From assembly GCF_018350175.1 (NCBI RefSeq), contig NC_058374.1, positions 131,564,001-131,628,000 of the forward strand: a stretch of 64,000 nucleotides of DNA, given 5' to 3'. A program made the position numbers and the translations under genes. Under the pieces are notes generated by a model, which was given only the letters and a program-made list of their open reading frames with translations, had not been told where the DNA came from and searched no databases. Origin of the DNA: Felis catus. Taxonomy: Eukaryota. Every line of letters starts with the position of its first letter. Positions within the stretch are counted from its first letter, which is position 1. Positions 14,540-26,361 of the stretch are shown here, piece after piece.

Positions 14540-14809
14540 CTGGGCCCTGACGCGCCACCCTCCGCGGAGGCGCCTCCCCTTCCCCCACAAGGAGCGCTCC
14601 AGTCTCCACTTACACATCAATCCACTTTCATCCGCTGCGGATCCCGCCAGGCCCCGCCCCCACCCATCCCTGGGCCCGTCTCCCCGCCCCTTTAACAGCC
14701 TTCTTGCTCCGATTGGTTGGTGTGGCCCAGCCCCCGGGCACGTGACCAGGCGGCGCCAGCGCCAGCGCCGCTCTTGGACGGGCTGGCGTGCTGGGGTGAA
14801 GCAGGCGCG
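14540..14809 (+). promoter_or_regulatory. GCAT CpG-island promoter
   Basis: GC boxes (CCCCGCCCC near 14652 and 14682), inverted CCAAT (ATTGG near 14712) and E-box CACGTG at 14739-14744, immediately upstream of the ATG at 14810. Confidence 0.75.
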
Positions 14810-15685
14810 ATGTGGGCCTGTCGCCTCCTCCACGCTGGTCTCTCCGCAGCCCCCCGCGGCCGCCGCGCGCAGTCGGCGCTGACCCAGCTGCGCGGCGTCC
14901 TGGAGGAGGAGCTGGAAGCGATCCGCGGGGCTGGCACCTGGAAGAGCGAGCGGGTCATTACGTCCCGTCAGGGGCCGCGCATCCACGTGGACGGTGTCTC
15001 CGGAGGTAACCCCCCCTCCCGCCTGCGAGTCTTCGGACCCGGCTGGGTGTTCGAGGGCCCTTCCGAGGCCAGCGCTGGAATGGAGGGCCTGACGGCAGTG
15101 GGCGGGTGGGAGTATTTGCACACGTAGCCACTGGCGCCTTTCCTAGCTGGGTGACTTCCCAGTGGTAGGTGTTAACCTAGTTAAGCCTGTTTACGCGGAG
15201 GAGGGTGATTTGCCCTTGAGCACCTTTTTGATTCAGACGTCGGGACTGGAGTGAGGCCCAGTCCTGTGAGGACGTGAGAAAAAAAAGAGAGACACTTAGC
15301 TGGTTCCCACCTGGCTGCTTCAAGGAAGGGTGGAGGGAAGGTGGGGCCAGAAGCCCTGCGTTTCTGGGGCTGCTGTCCTGTGCTGGCCTCTACCAACTGC
15401 TCAGCACGTGGGCTCCTGCAAACCCCGATACAGGGGAGAACGAATCCCATTTTACAGACAAAGAAGCTGAAGCTCAGAGATATGAAATGGCTTTGCCCCA
15501 AAGCCCTTGCTAGCTGCAGGCAGAGCTGGGCTTTGGTCCAGGTCCTCTGGTACATTGGAGCTGGAAGGTCACCTAATGGGTCAGAGAAGCCAAATGCCTG
15601 GCCAGAGTCACAGCGAGCGAGGGGCCTGAGGGCTGCTGCAGAAGCCACACCATGAATTCGTCCACTGGGACTTCCTCATTTCCTT

Positions 15686-15718
<33 letters not shown>

Positions 15719-18700
15719 GAGAGAGTGTGCTCGAGCCCGGGAGGGGCAGAGAGAGGGAGAGAGAGAACCCCAGCCAGTGCGGGGCTCAATCCCATGAACT
15801 GTGAGATCATGACCTGAGCCGAAGTCAAGAGCCTTGGACGCTCACCCAACTGAGCCACCCTGGCACCTCCCTCATTTCTGTCTAACTGGTAGTCGCTATC
15901 TATCTTGTCTGTGCCAGGACCCAGGTGGGTGCTGGTTACAAATAATTTCCCAAGCCTGCCTTCTGCTCAGGAAATCGGCCTGGATCCTTGGTGCTGTTGT
16001 ACTCATTTGTAGACTGAGGTCCCCCCAGATCTCTGCCTTCCCCTCAGGGGAAGCTTGGGGCAGGTCCAAACATGGGAAAGTTAGGAGGCACAGCTCCTAA
16101 GCTGAATGAACCTCGCCCCCTGTGGACCTCAGTGTCCCCCTCATGCCAGCTGTGTTCACTTCCGGGTTTATAATTCAGGAGTTGATGTCTCAGAAACACT
16201 CCCCCTCCCCCCCCCGCCCCCCCCCCCACACTTTAGGCATGTGATTCTTACCAGGCAGCAAAGTCAACTGTGTAGAGTCTGAGGTCCACAGAGGGCACCT
16301 GACCCAGCCCTTTTTTACCCACGAGGGAACCAAGGCCCAGATGAGGGAGTTGCTGGTAGTTTTCAGGGACAGGAGAAGCCAGTGAGGTAGGGCTACATTC
16401 CTCCTTGGGTGGAATGTGATTCAGAACCAGAGTTTCAACTTCTTACCCTTCAAGGCACCACTCTGAGAGTCCTTTCCTGACCCTCCCTGTCCTGTGGCTA
16501 TTGGTACTTCCTAGGGGCCCCTAGTTCCCGTCCTGCCCCAGAATGGATCGTACTGTGTGGTTGTTGCCTCCTCAAGGGTGAATCCGTGTTCGTTTCCTGA
16601 GTCCCCAGGGCCTGGCACTGACACTTTTCTAAGCCCTTTCTTGCCCTGAGCTGCTGTGTCCATACCTTCTTCCACCTCAGGAATCCTTAACTTCTGTGCC
16701 AACAACTATCTGGGCCTGAGCAGCCACCCCGAGGTGATCCAGGCAGGTCTGCAGGCCCTGGAGGAGTTCGGAGCCGGCCTTAGCTCCACTCGCTTCATCT
16801 GCGGGACCCAGGTACCCAGTGGCTGTTGCGGGGGTTGGAGGGTACCTTGTCCCCAGCGCTGGGCACTGACCCCGACTGTCTGCTTCCCACAGTCAGCAGG
16901 GCCCGTTTAGCCAGCTCAGCTCATCCCAGGGCCCTGGGCCCTCTCGTAGCCTGATGCCCTACACCAGAGAGTCCGGGCTCGGGCTTCTGTTCTGTTGCAA
17001 AAGCAACTCGACCTCTCTGAACATCCCTTTGCCCCCTGCGTGTAAAAATGCCTGCAACGGTGCCCGGCACATACCAATGCTCCCTAAATGTGGACTGTTT
17101 TATTTTGTGAATGTTACAAAATAAACATATGTAAATGCGAAACGGCGCTTAGGTGTTCACTCGTTATCAATACTCCTGACAGTCGTTAAGTGACAGGTGA
17201 TATTCTTGTCTCTGTTACAGAGATGAGGACGCTAAGGCCCAGAGAAGTTAAATGACTTACCCCGAGGGCACACACCTGTTAAAATGGGATTTTTAACCCA
17301 CGTGGCTGGGCTCAAGATGATTGATTATTATTACCCATCTCCTGAGCAAGGGGAGGGTGAAGTGAAATCAATTATCAGAGGCAGAACTCCTAACTCCCAG
17401 CTAGGGCACTTTCCAACAAAACCCTCACCCAGACTGGACAGCTTTCAAATATAAAAAGCCGAGGCCCACAGGAACCTATGTAATCCTTTTCTTTGCTATT
17501 AAGCAACCAAAAAAGGCACTTAGTTTGAGGTCGGGAAGACCTCTTCCCTCGCCAATATCACCCATAATTCCACATGAGACCCCGGTTACAACGATCCAAC
17601 CAGGAAGGACAGCTAGGGAGTCCCTGATTCCTGAGAACCATCCGCCAGGGTCCTGTCGGCTCTGGGGGAACCCTCGCAGTGAAGGGAGCCCAGAACTTGT
17701 TTCGTGCGACCCCGCGGGCATTAACACCTGTTTCGCTCTGTTTCTTTAGAGCATCCACAAGGATCTAGAAGCAAAGATAGCCCGCTTCCACCAGCGGGAG
17801 GATGCCATCCTCTACCCTAGCTGTTTTGATGCCAACGCTGGCCTCTTTGAGGTGTGAGGGGGCCACAGGTGGGAGTTGGTGAGGACTGCTAGGCTGTGGA
17901 AGGCTTGGGAGCGGACAGGCAGAACCTGGCAGGATGCCAGCGCCACGCCTAGCCGCTCCAGCGCCCATTTCTTACGGAGGTTAAGGTTGGGCCAGGTAGG
18001 TGCCCTAGGAGGAATCCTGGGGCCTTCGTGGGGCCAGCTTGCAGGGCACTGGGGGGATAACGTACATCAGCAGGAAGGCTGGGGGCCGCAGGGGCCAGGG
18101 ACCCACCGAACATGTTCTCCCCTGCTCTCACTGGAGCAGGGCCCTGGTCTGGCCCAGTCGTGGGGCCCCGGGGACCCAGATAGAGGCAGATGGGGGCTCC
18201 TTGCCTCCCTGTCCAGAGGAGTGCCCTGGATGGCAATGAAATTTTGACTCAGGTAGACATGGGGAGGGAGGGCCCCTAGGTGGTTGGGTGATAGCTCTCC
18301 TCCAACTGCCTTCTTCCAGGCCCTGCTGACCCCCCAGGATGCAGTCCTGTCGGACGAGCTGAACCATGCCTCCATTATTGATGGCATCCGTCTCTGCAAG
18401 GCCCATAAGTACCGCTACCGCCACCTGGACATGGCTGATTTGGAGGCCAAGCTGCAGGAGGCCCAGGTGGGATGAGGCCCAGGTGGGGCAAGGCCCAGGG
18501 ATAACAGAGGCAAGAACTGGGCTGTTGCCCAGCTCTTCAGCCTCCCCACCGGTGAATCAAGATCCGAACCCAAATCCCTTGGCCCCGAGGCTTTATTCCG
18601 TTGTGCCATGCTGCCTTGACTTTTGGCACCTTATGTGTGGCAGGGCCTGCTAGGCATATAGGTGAGATGAGCTCAGGGATAGAAATCGCCCTGCCCCACC

Positions 18701-20667
18701 CTCCCTCTCGGAGAGGAGACTGAGCTGTTCTCGCTGACCAGGACTGCCCCTGAAGAGGTGGGCAAGGCTCAGAGAGGCACAGGGGAGGGACGGGAGGTTC
18801 CAGCCCCAGCGCAGTATGCTTATGTGCCTACCTCTGTCCCAGACACCGGGCAAGGTGAGCTCTTAGAGCCTGAAGCGGCACAGAGAATGGGTAGACTGGC
18901 ACAACGTGAGACACTAGCCATCACCTGTCCACGTCTTCTTCCCTGCAGAAGCATCGACTGCGCCTGGTGGCCACGGATGGGGCCTTCTCCATGGATGGTG
19001 ACATCGCACCCCTGCAGGAGATCTGCCACCTTGCCTCTCGATATGGTGCCCTGGTCTTTGTGGATGAATGCCATGCTACTGGCTTCCTGGGGGCCACAGG
19101 ACGGTGGGAGCATGCATCACCTGGGGCCTTGGGTCAGGCTTCTAAGGGCGGGTGGGAAACCAGGAAGCCAGCCCCTAACGTGTGATCCCCGGGCACTCAG
19201 GCGGCCAGCGGTGACAGTGGTAGCTTCCCTTGCAGGGGCACGGATGAGCTGCTGGGTGTGACGGACCAGGTCACCATCATCAACTCCACGCTGGGGAAGG
19301 CACTGGGTGGAGCCTCAGGTACCTGTCGGGTTGTGCCTCTGAGGTCCCCTTATCCACATGCAGAGCCCTGGAGGGGTCTCCGGGAAGGTGGTGAGGAGAG
19401 ACTTGGGGAAGAGAGCAGCATGGACCACCCTCTCAGGAGGGTAGGCTCTGGCACCTGGCCTCTGACTCCTACCTCCGTCCCTGCCCTTGTCCTCAGGGGG
19501 CTACACAACAGGGCCTGAACCCCTGGTGTCCCTGCTCCGGCAGCGCGCTCGGCCCTACCTCTTCTCCAACAGCCTGCCCCCTGCTGTCGCCGGCTGTGCC
19601 TCCAAGGCCCTGGACCTGCTCATGGAGAGCAATGCCATCGTCCAGTCTATGGCGGCCAAGACCCAGCGGTGCGGTCCCTGGCAGGGGTGGGACAGGTTGG
19701 GGTCGGGGAGCTGCTCCTGTGTGCCCGCCCAGGCCCATAGCTCCGTGCCTACGGGTTCTGCCTCTGCCCCTAGCATGTCTCCAGCAGACTGCAGCGGGAT
19801 TCAGCCCTTTTAGCCAAAAGCTGCCCGCCCGCCCCCCTCCCTCTTCTGCCTCTGCCTTTTCCCTCCATTTCCTGGTGCATTTCTCTGAGAGCGATGCTGT
19901 GTCTCCCCGCCCTGTCAGTCCTGTCTTTTTGCCCGCCGTTTTGGTCTGCCTCTCTGCCCGTCTCTCCATCTGCCTCTCTGGGTCTGCATCTGTCTCTCTT
20001 GGTCCATCCTGCAGACTTGGGCACAGATCTTGGATCACATGCCCAGCAGGAGTGGGTGTGAACGCCCCACAGCCCCCTGGCTACCTGTGACACCCAGCTG
20101 TGCCCCACAGCTTCCGCAGAAAGATGAAGGCTGCTGGCTTCACCATCTTGGGAGCCAATCACCCCATCTGCCCTGTGATGCTGGGTGATGCCCGGCTGGC
20201 TTCTTGCATGGCAGATGACATGCTAAAGAGAGGTAAGGAAACTGGGACAAGAGGACCAGCCAGGGGGCCTAAGAGAAAAGAGAAGGGAACCCCTAAACTG
20301 TGAACGCTCCCCCATACCTTCACCCTACCGCCCGTTTTAAACCTGCTGTCTGTCCAAGCTGAAAATCCCAGGCCGTGACGCGGTCGCATGTCTGCGAGAC
20401 CTTGAGCACCTCCCTTGCCCTCTGTGACCGTCAAGCAAGTAGGACCCGTGTGTCATGTCCCTCAAAGCCTGCCTGGCTCCGCTGAGCCCCAGGCTGACCC
20501 TTTCTGCCTTACCAGGCATCTTTGTCATCGGGTTCAGCTATCCGGTGGTCCCCAAGAACAAGGCCCGGATCCGGGTGCAGATCTCAGCAGTGCACAGCGA
20601 GGAGGACATCGATCGCTGTGTGGAGGCCTTCGTGGAGGTGGGGAGGCTGCATGGGGCACTACCCTGA
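14810..20667 (+). CDS. GCAT: Glycine C-acetyltransferase (2-amino-3-ketobutyrate CoA ligase), mitochondrial, 419 aa, 9 coding exons
   Basis: Exons 14810-15005, 16681-16811, 17750-17851, 18320-18466, 18949-19103, 19236-19318, 19497-19668, 20111-20232, 20516-20667. All introns are GT-AG and the exons sum to 1260 nt. Arg-rich N-terminal presequence ([22 protein letters not shown]) and class II PLP aminotransferase motifs [45 protein letters not shown] (PLP lysine), ARIRVQIS. Confidence 0.98.
15685..15870 (-). mobile_element. Can-SINE in GCAT intron 1
   Basis: Poly-T tail, (GA)n and reverse-complement SINE head. Confidence 0.85.
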
Positions 20668-21430
20668 CCTGGGTGGTGACAGGCACAGCCAAGGTCCCCC
20701 TCCCTCCGCATTAACGAAAGGGGCCTTTGGTCAGCCCAGGCCAGACGCTCTGAACCCTGTCAGAGTCCTAAGACTGGGCTGGGGCATGGCCGGTGCTCGT
20801 GATCTTGTGTCAAACAACAGTGTGAAACTGGGCTGACATGTTGGTGTGTTTTATTCTCTCTGAGCAGGCCCAGGCCTGTGACCAGCTGAAGAATCGGGCA
20901 GGAGCTGGGCTTCTGAGGGCAGGCTCCTGGGTAGATCTCAGAGCTGACCACCTGCCCCAAGTTAAGATGAGACCCAGGCAGCTGGGATAGTGCAGGCAGG
21001 GGCCACCATGTGACACAATTGGATTCTGTGCTGCTCCAAAGGCTGGCTGAGCCCCAGCCCTGCAGGCCCTTTCCCGCCCCACCCACCCTACTTACTCCGC
21101 AGCCTCCAGAGTTTAGCCCTGGTGGACACTTCGTTTTCTGCTCCCTATCCAAAGGATGGCTGCCAGCTGCCCAGATCAGAAGGGGCCGGGCACCCCACCC
21201 CGTGTGTGGAAGGAGGGGCAGAGGATTTAGCCCCAAAGGAGAGAATGCGGGTCACTATAGGAAAGGCCCCTGGTAGTCTGGAACCATGTATTCTAGCCCA
21301 CTTTGACTCTGTGGCCTTCGGGCAGCCTTTCACCTGTGTATGCCTCAGTCCCAGTGTACCGAGCGGATGTTAATCGATGACTCGGGGTCCTTCCATAGCG
21401 CTCCTTCCGAGGACTACTGGCCTGCTGATC

Positions 21431-21448
21431 GGCCAGCAGGGGGCGCAG
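21431..21448 (+). promoter_or_regulatory. CTCF-type binding motif between GCAT and GALR3
   Basis: GGCCAGCAGGGGGCGCAG is a very close match to the CTCF core CCASYAGRKGGCRS. Confidence 0.7.
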
Positions 21449-22059
21449 CGAACTCAGGCTCCGGCTGCTGTCGCCCCGCCCCCTCCACCATCCAGGGCTT
21501 GGCCTCCCAATTGTTTGGGCAGCCCGGGAGAGCCGATTTGCTGCTGCCAAGGCCCCGTCCACCCTTGTCCCCAACAAAGGCTCGCTGCTCCCCTAGTGGA
21601 CGTGATGACAACCCCCTTTCCGCAGTCGCTGTCCCTGGTCCTTGCCTCTCCATTGGCCTCCCCACTCAGCTTTACGGGCGCGGTGTCGGGCGCCGGGGAG
21701 GATGGGGGCTGATTCACGGCAGCGCCAGCCTCGGCGTGGTGTGGCCTCGGGAAGCACGCACCTCGCTGGGGGTAGGGCAGGGAGGGTGAAAAAGGACCTT
21801 CATTAACAACAGGGAAGTTGTCTGTCCTCTCTGTCCCCTCGCACCTCCGTCCCAGCCCTCAGCCTGGATGTCAGAACGAACGATCTGGGGGAGCTGCGGC
21901 CAATTCACTGGGATTCTGGGACTCCTAGCTTGTGGTCTAGAGGAGCTTGAGGCTGGGAATCAGGAGCTCCAGGGGCTGGGAGACGGCAGTGCAGAGAAGA
22001 GGACTGCTGTGGCCACATCAGCAGCTGGGATATTTGCAAGCCGCTGCCACAGGGTAGTG

Positions 22060-22830
22060 GACCTGGCGCGGGCGCATACAGCGGAGCCCTGGCGCCAGCC
22101 CCGGGCCAAGCCAGCAGCTTGATGTGCGCGATCTGCATAGGCCGGCGGATGAGACCGGGTGGCCGCAGCCGGCCGCGGGGCTACGCGTCCCGGCAGCAGG
22201 TGTGGCGTATCCAGCGAGGCCAGAACGCGGGGCCCGGGCCCACCCGCCAGTGGCGCAGAGCACGCGCCTCCTCTTCCAGGGGCTCCTGGGCGCCCCCGCT
22301 GCCATTGCGCCCCCCGGCGGCCGGCGGAGGCAGCGGCACGGCCGCAACACCCTAAGCCGTTTTGCCGAAGTAACGCGCCCTGGCATCAAACAGCTCGCGG
22401 GGCTGCGCCGGCTCCCGTCCGCCGCCGTCCAGAAGGGCTGGTAGGAAGCAGCAGCAGCAGCTCTGGGCTCACGTGTTAAGGCCCACTGGTGGCGGCCCGC
22501 TGCCAGCGACAGGCGGCGCAGGGCCGGAAGGCCGGCCAAGGATCAGCCGCACTTCTGCCTCCTGCGGGCGGGGAGCTTGAGAGACCACTCTCACCGCGCG
22601 CTGTACACGTCCTCCGCGTTGGGCTCCAGGTTCAAGGCTCCGGCCGCCTGGAGCAAGGTTAGAGGTGGCGCCAGGGGTGCGCGGGGCTCGGCCATGACCT
22701 CGCGTACTTCCGGCCTGCCCCGTGGCCGGCCCTCTGTGGTTCCCTCGGTCCTCCCGCTTTCCTTCCTTCGCTCTGGCTCTATCAGCGGCTCGGCCTTGAC
22801 CTGCTGGGAGCTCTTGCCCTAGTTCTGCAG
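22060..22830. promoter_or_regulatory. Intergenic CpG island between GCAT and GALR3
   Basis: About 750 bp of very high CpG/GC content with an ETS-type ACTTCCGG near 22707; no recognisable coding exon. Confidence 0.6.
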
Positions 22831-23100
22831 CAGCCCGTCCAGAGCCCTGCCCTGGGCCGGGGGGGGGGGGGGGGGGAGCCTTCCAGGCTGGAGGCTCCTG
22901 AGGGGATGGCGGGGGTGGGGGTGGGGGTGGGGGGGTAGTGTGTCAGGGCTCTTGAGGGCTTTCCGGGTTCAGGGTGGTTGTAGACCTCTGACAGTCAAGG
23001 ATTCTAAAACTTCAGCACACCGAGGCTGGGATCCTACAATGCTGCCTTTCAGTGATCATGACATTCTACACTTTTTTTTTTTTTTAATTAAGAAAATTTA

Positions 23101-23970
23101 GGGGGCGCGCCTGGGTGGCTCAGTCGGTGAAGCGTCCGACTTCGGCTCAGGTCACGATGTCGCGGTTCGTGAGTTCGAGCCCCATGTCAGGCTCTGTGCT
23201 GACAGCTCAGAGCCTGCTTCTCTCCCTCCCTCTCTGCCCCTCTCCTGTTCACACTCTGTCTCTGTCTCTCAAAAATAAACAGTAAAAATTTTTTTCATTT
23301 AATGTTTTTTATTTATTTTTTATAAACTTTTTTAAATATTTTTATAAAAATATTTTAATTATTTATTTATTTTTAATGTTTATTTTTGAGACAGAGAGAG
23401 ACAGAGCATGAACAGGGGAGGGTCAGAGAGAGAGGGAGACACAGAATCTGAAACAGGCTCCAGGCTCTGAGCTGTCAGCACAGATTCCGACGTGCGGCTC
23501 GAACTCACAGACCGTGAGATCATGACCTGAGCCGAAGATGGACGCTTAACGGACTGAGCCACCCAGGCACCCCTAATGTTTTTATTTTTGAGAGAGAGAG
23601 AGACAGAGTGTGAGCAGAGGAAGGGCAGAGAGAAGGAGACAAGGTATCCAAAGCAGGCTCCAGGCTCGGAACTGTCAGCGCAGAGCCCGACGTGGGGCTC
23701 GAACCAAGAAACTGTGAAATCATGTCTGGAGCCAAAGTAGGAAGCTAAACCGACTGAGCGACCCTGGCGCCCCCCCCCTTTTTTTTTTTAAGTTTTAAAG
23801 TTTATTTATTTATTGAGAGAGAGCACACGCACAAGCAGAGGAGGGGCAGAGAGAGAGAGAGAGACAGAATGTCAGTGCAGAGCCCTGGCTTGAACCCATG
23901 AACTGTGAGATCATGACCTGAGCGGCAATCATCAGTCAGATGCTTAACCAACTGAGCCACCCAGGCGCCC
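23101..23970. mobile_element. Four adjacent Can-SINEs: about 23101-23290(+), 23340-23573(-), 23575-23772(-), 23780-23970(-)
   Basis: SINE head and tail motifs in both orientations. Confidence 0.88.
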
Positions 23971-26361
23971 CACATTCTACAGTTCGAATCCTTCATTCAA
24001 TTCTGATAGCTCTGAATTCCGGACAGTCTAGGTATGATCCCTAATATCTTCTGGTTAGTGAATGTCTGCTTCCAAAGATTCGGGGATGCTCTGCTTCTGG
24101 GGTAAGTGACATCAGGCTTTCAAGAAACAACCTCTGAGCGCTGGTGAAAATCCCAGGGGTGTGGGAGGAGCTAGCCTGAAGAGTCTCTTCCCCAGCTCCT
24201 TGGGCCTTGAATGCAAGTCCTGACTCCATCAGGGTCCCCTCTGTTTTCTGTCCGCTTCCGCAGACTTCCTATTGACGTCCCCTCCCCCCAACCTCCCAGC
24301 TTCCAGAAAGACATTCAGTCCCTGCCGCCTCTTCTCTCCCTTCACTTATTGCAAATTGTCTTCTGCCCCCACTACACGTGTCCAGTTTACCCACCACCTC
24401 ATTGTTGTGAAATCCAGCGTGCCTCGTCCCTCCAAGGGGCTCGTCTCTCTAACCTTCCCGAAGCATTTGGCCATGTGGCCTACTCCTCCAAGAGTTCCAA
24501 GCAGAAGCCCACGCGTGACTGACTGAATTACTCAGCCATTTACCAAGACCAATTAACCTCTCTGCCTTTTGCCCCGACAAGAGGCTCCTAACGGGTCAGG
24601 CATTAAATCATTCCCCTTCTGCCCATCCTTTTCACCCCAGGCCATAATAAACTAATTATGAACGAAAACGCGCAGATCCTGTCCCCACTCTAAAATTTTC
24701 ACTAGGTCCTCATTGCCCTCAGGCTAAAGCCAAACTCCGCACGGGCACAAAACCCCTGCGTCTTCAGCCAGACTGAATCTTTGGAACGAGCTTAGGAATG
24801 CTGATGGGCCCCCCCCCCCCCCGGGATTCCCAGGGCCTGGGAGAGGAGTCCCATCTGGTCTCCGGAAGAGAGACTCCCATTCTGGTCTCCTAGCCGAGGG
24901 CACTCCATTCAAGATGAGGAATCCTTGCTGAGCTTGGGTTAGAGCTCTACTTGGGGCAGGGAGGGAAGATGGAGTCTTTTAAGGCAGGAGGTGAGAGTAC
25001 CAGCAATGAATGGGCTGGGCCCTGGACACGGAGGGGTTAACTCCAAAGCGACTCTCAGAGAATCAATGGGTTACTCACTGCAGAAAGAGGCAGAAGCAGC
25101 GCAGGGAGGCAGAAAAGGACCGGGCAGAAGAGCATGCCACCTGGGGGAAATCAGGGACGGAGGAGGAGGAGCGGGAGGAGGAGGGGGAGGAGGCAGCGGC
25201 AGGCGGCGGCTAGTGGCGACTCCGGAGGGAGTGCTCAAGTCTGGCTCAGCAGAGGAGGTGCCTTAAAGGAGAAGAGAGAAGTGGGAGGCAGACCTGCACC
25301 TGCAGGGAGGCGCCAAGGGGCAGCCACTGAGCCAAGAGGCAGCCTCAGCCTGACCCGTTCACCCAGGATCAAGCAGGGCCCAGTGCCCAGAACTGAGGTG
25401 GGTGTTGCCTATTCTGACCTTCAGGGGGCTTGCTGCATGCTGGGGACTGGGGGCGCAGGTATTCCCTTTCTTCCCTCCTCCCTGCTGCTCCCCCACCCCA
25501 CCCCACCCCCCGCCCCGCCGCCCCACGCCCTTAATTTGTCCCACCATCCCGGAAGCCCCAGGCACGCGGGGGGATCCACAGGTAGTAGCCGATGTGGGCC
25601 GCAGGGTGGGGCAAGGGTGAGAGCGGGCGCAGCTCGCATAAATGCACGCGCGAATACTTGCACGCGGTCAGAGGCACCACCTGTTACAGGCTGTGGGTGG
25701 AGCACTCCAGCCTGGGAGTCAGGGCACCACGGGGGCAGCAGCCCCGATCTGCCACGCCAAGGGTGCTATTCAGCCTCCCGTGTCCCCTCTCCGAGTGAGC
25801 CTCAATTTCCTCTTGTGCAAAGAGGGGGCAGTGACCTATACGGTTTTCCCAGCTGTGCCACTGTGGGGCTCTCACCAAAGGGGACTTTGCAATGACTCAG
25901 GGATACCACCCATGCTTTGCTGCCTTTGACCCATGTGCAAGAGTCCCCCCTGCGCTTCAAATCCCCACGGGGAAATAAGGTAGTTAGATATACAAGCACC
26001 TTGGGTTGGAGCGGCCCCTCCCCCATCGGCCATGTCCTCACCGCATTCTGCCTGAAGGCGCCCACCTAGTAATCACCTTTGTGCCCTGAGCCCTGGGGGT
26101 GTTCCCGAGCAAATGGAAAAACCCACCTCAGACACCTACGTGACTGCCAGGCTTGCCCCGTGGGTCTCAGTGGTCACTCTTGGCTCTGTCTCCCCACTCC
26201 CATCGCCATCCCCCATGAGCTTCCCGCCCCCCCCCCCAGACCTGGCCAGGCCCAAGCTAGGGGCGGGGATCGATCGAGCCCCCGGGGTCACGTGACCAGA
26301 GCTGGGGGCTCCTGTCTGAGCCCTCCAGCTTCTTCTCCCCAGGTGCCCATCGGAGGGAAAG

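Noticed and set aside
25010-25266. Acidic/Gly-rich small ORFs upstream of GALR3
   Set aside because: Derived from a GGA-rich simple repeat; no homology I can recognise.
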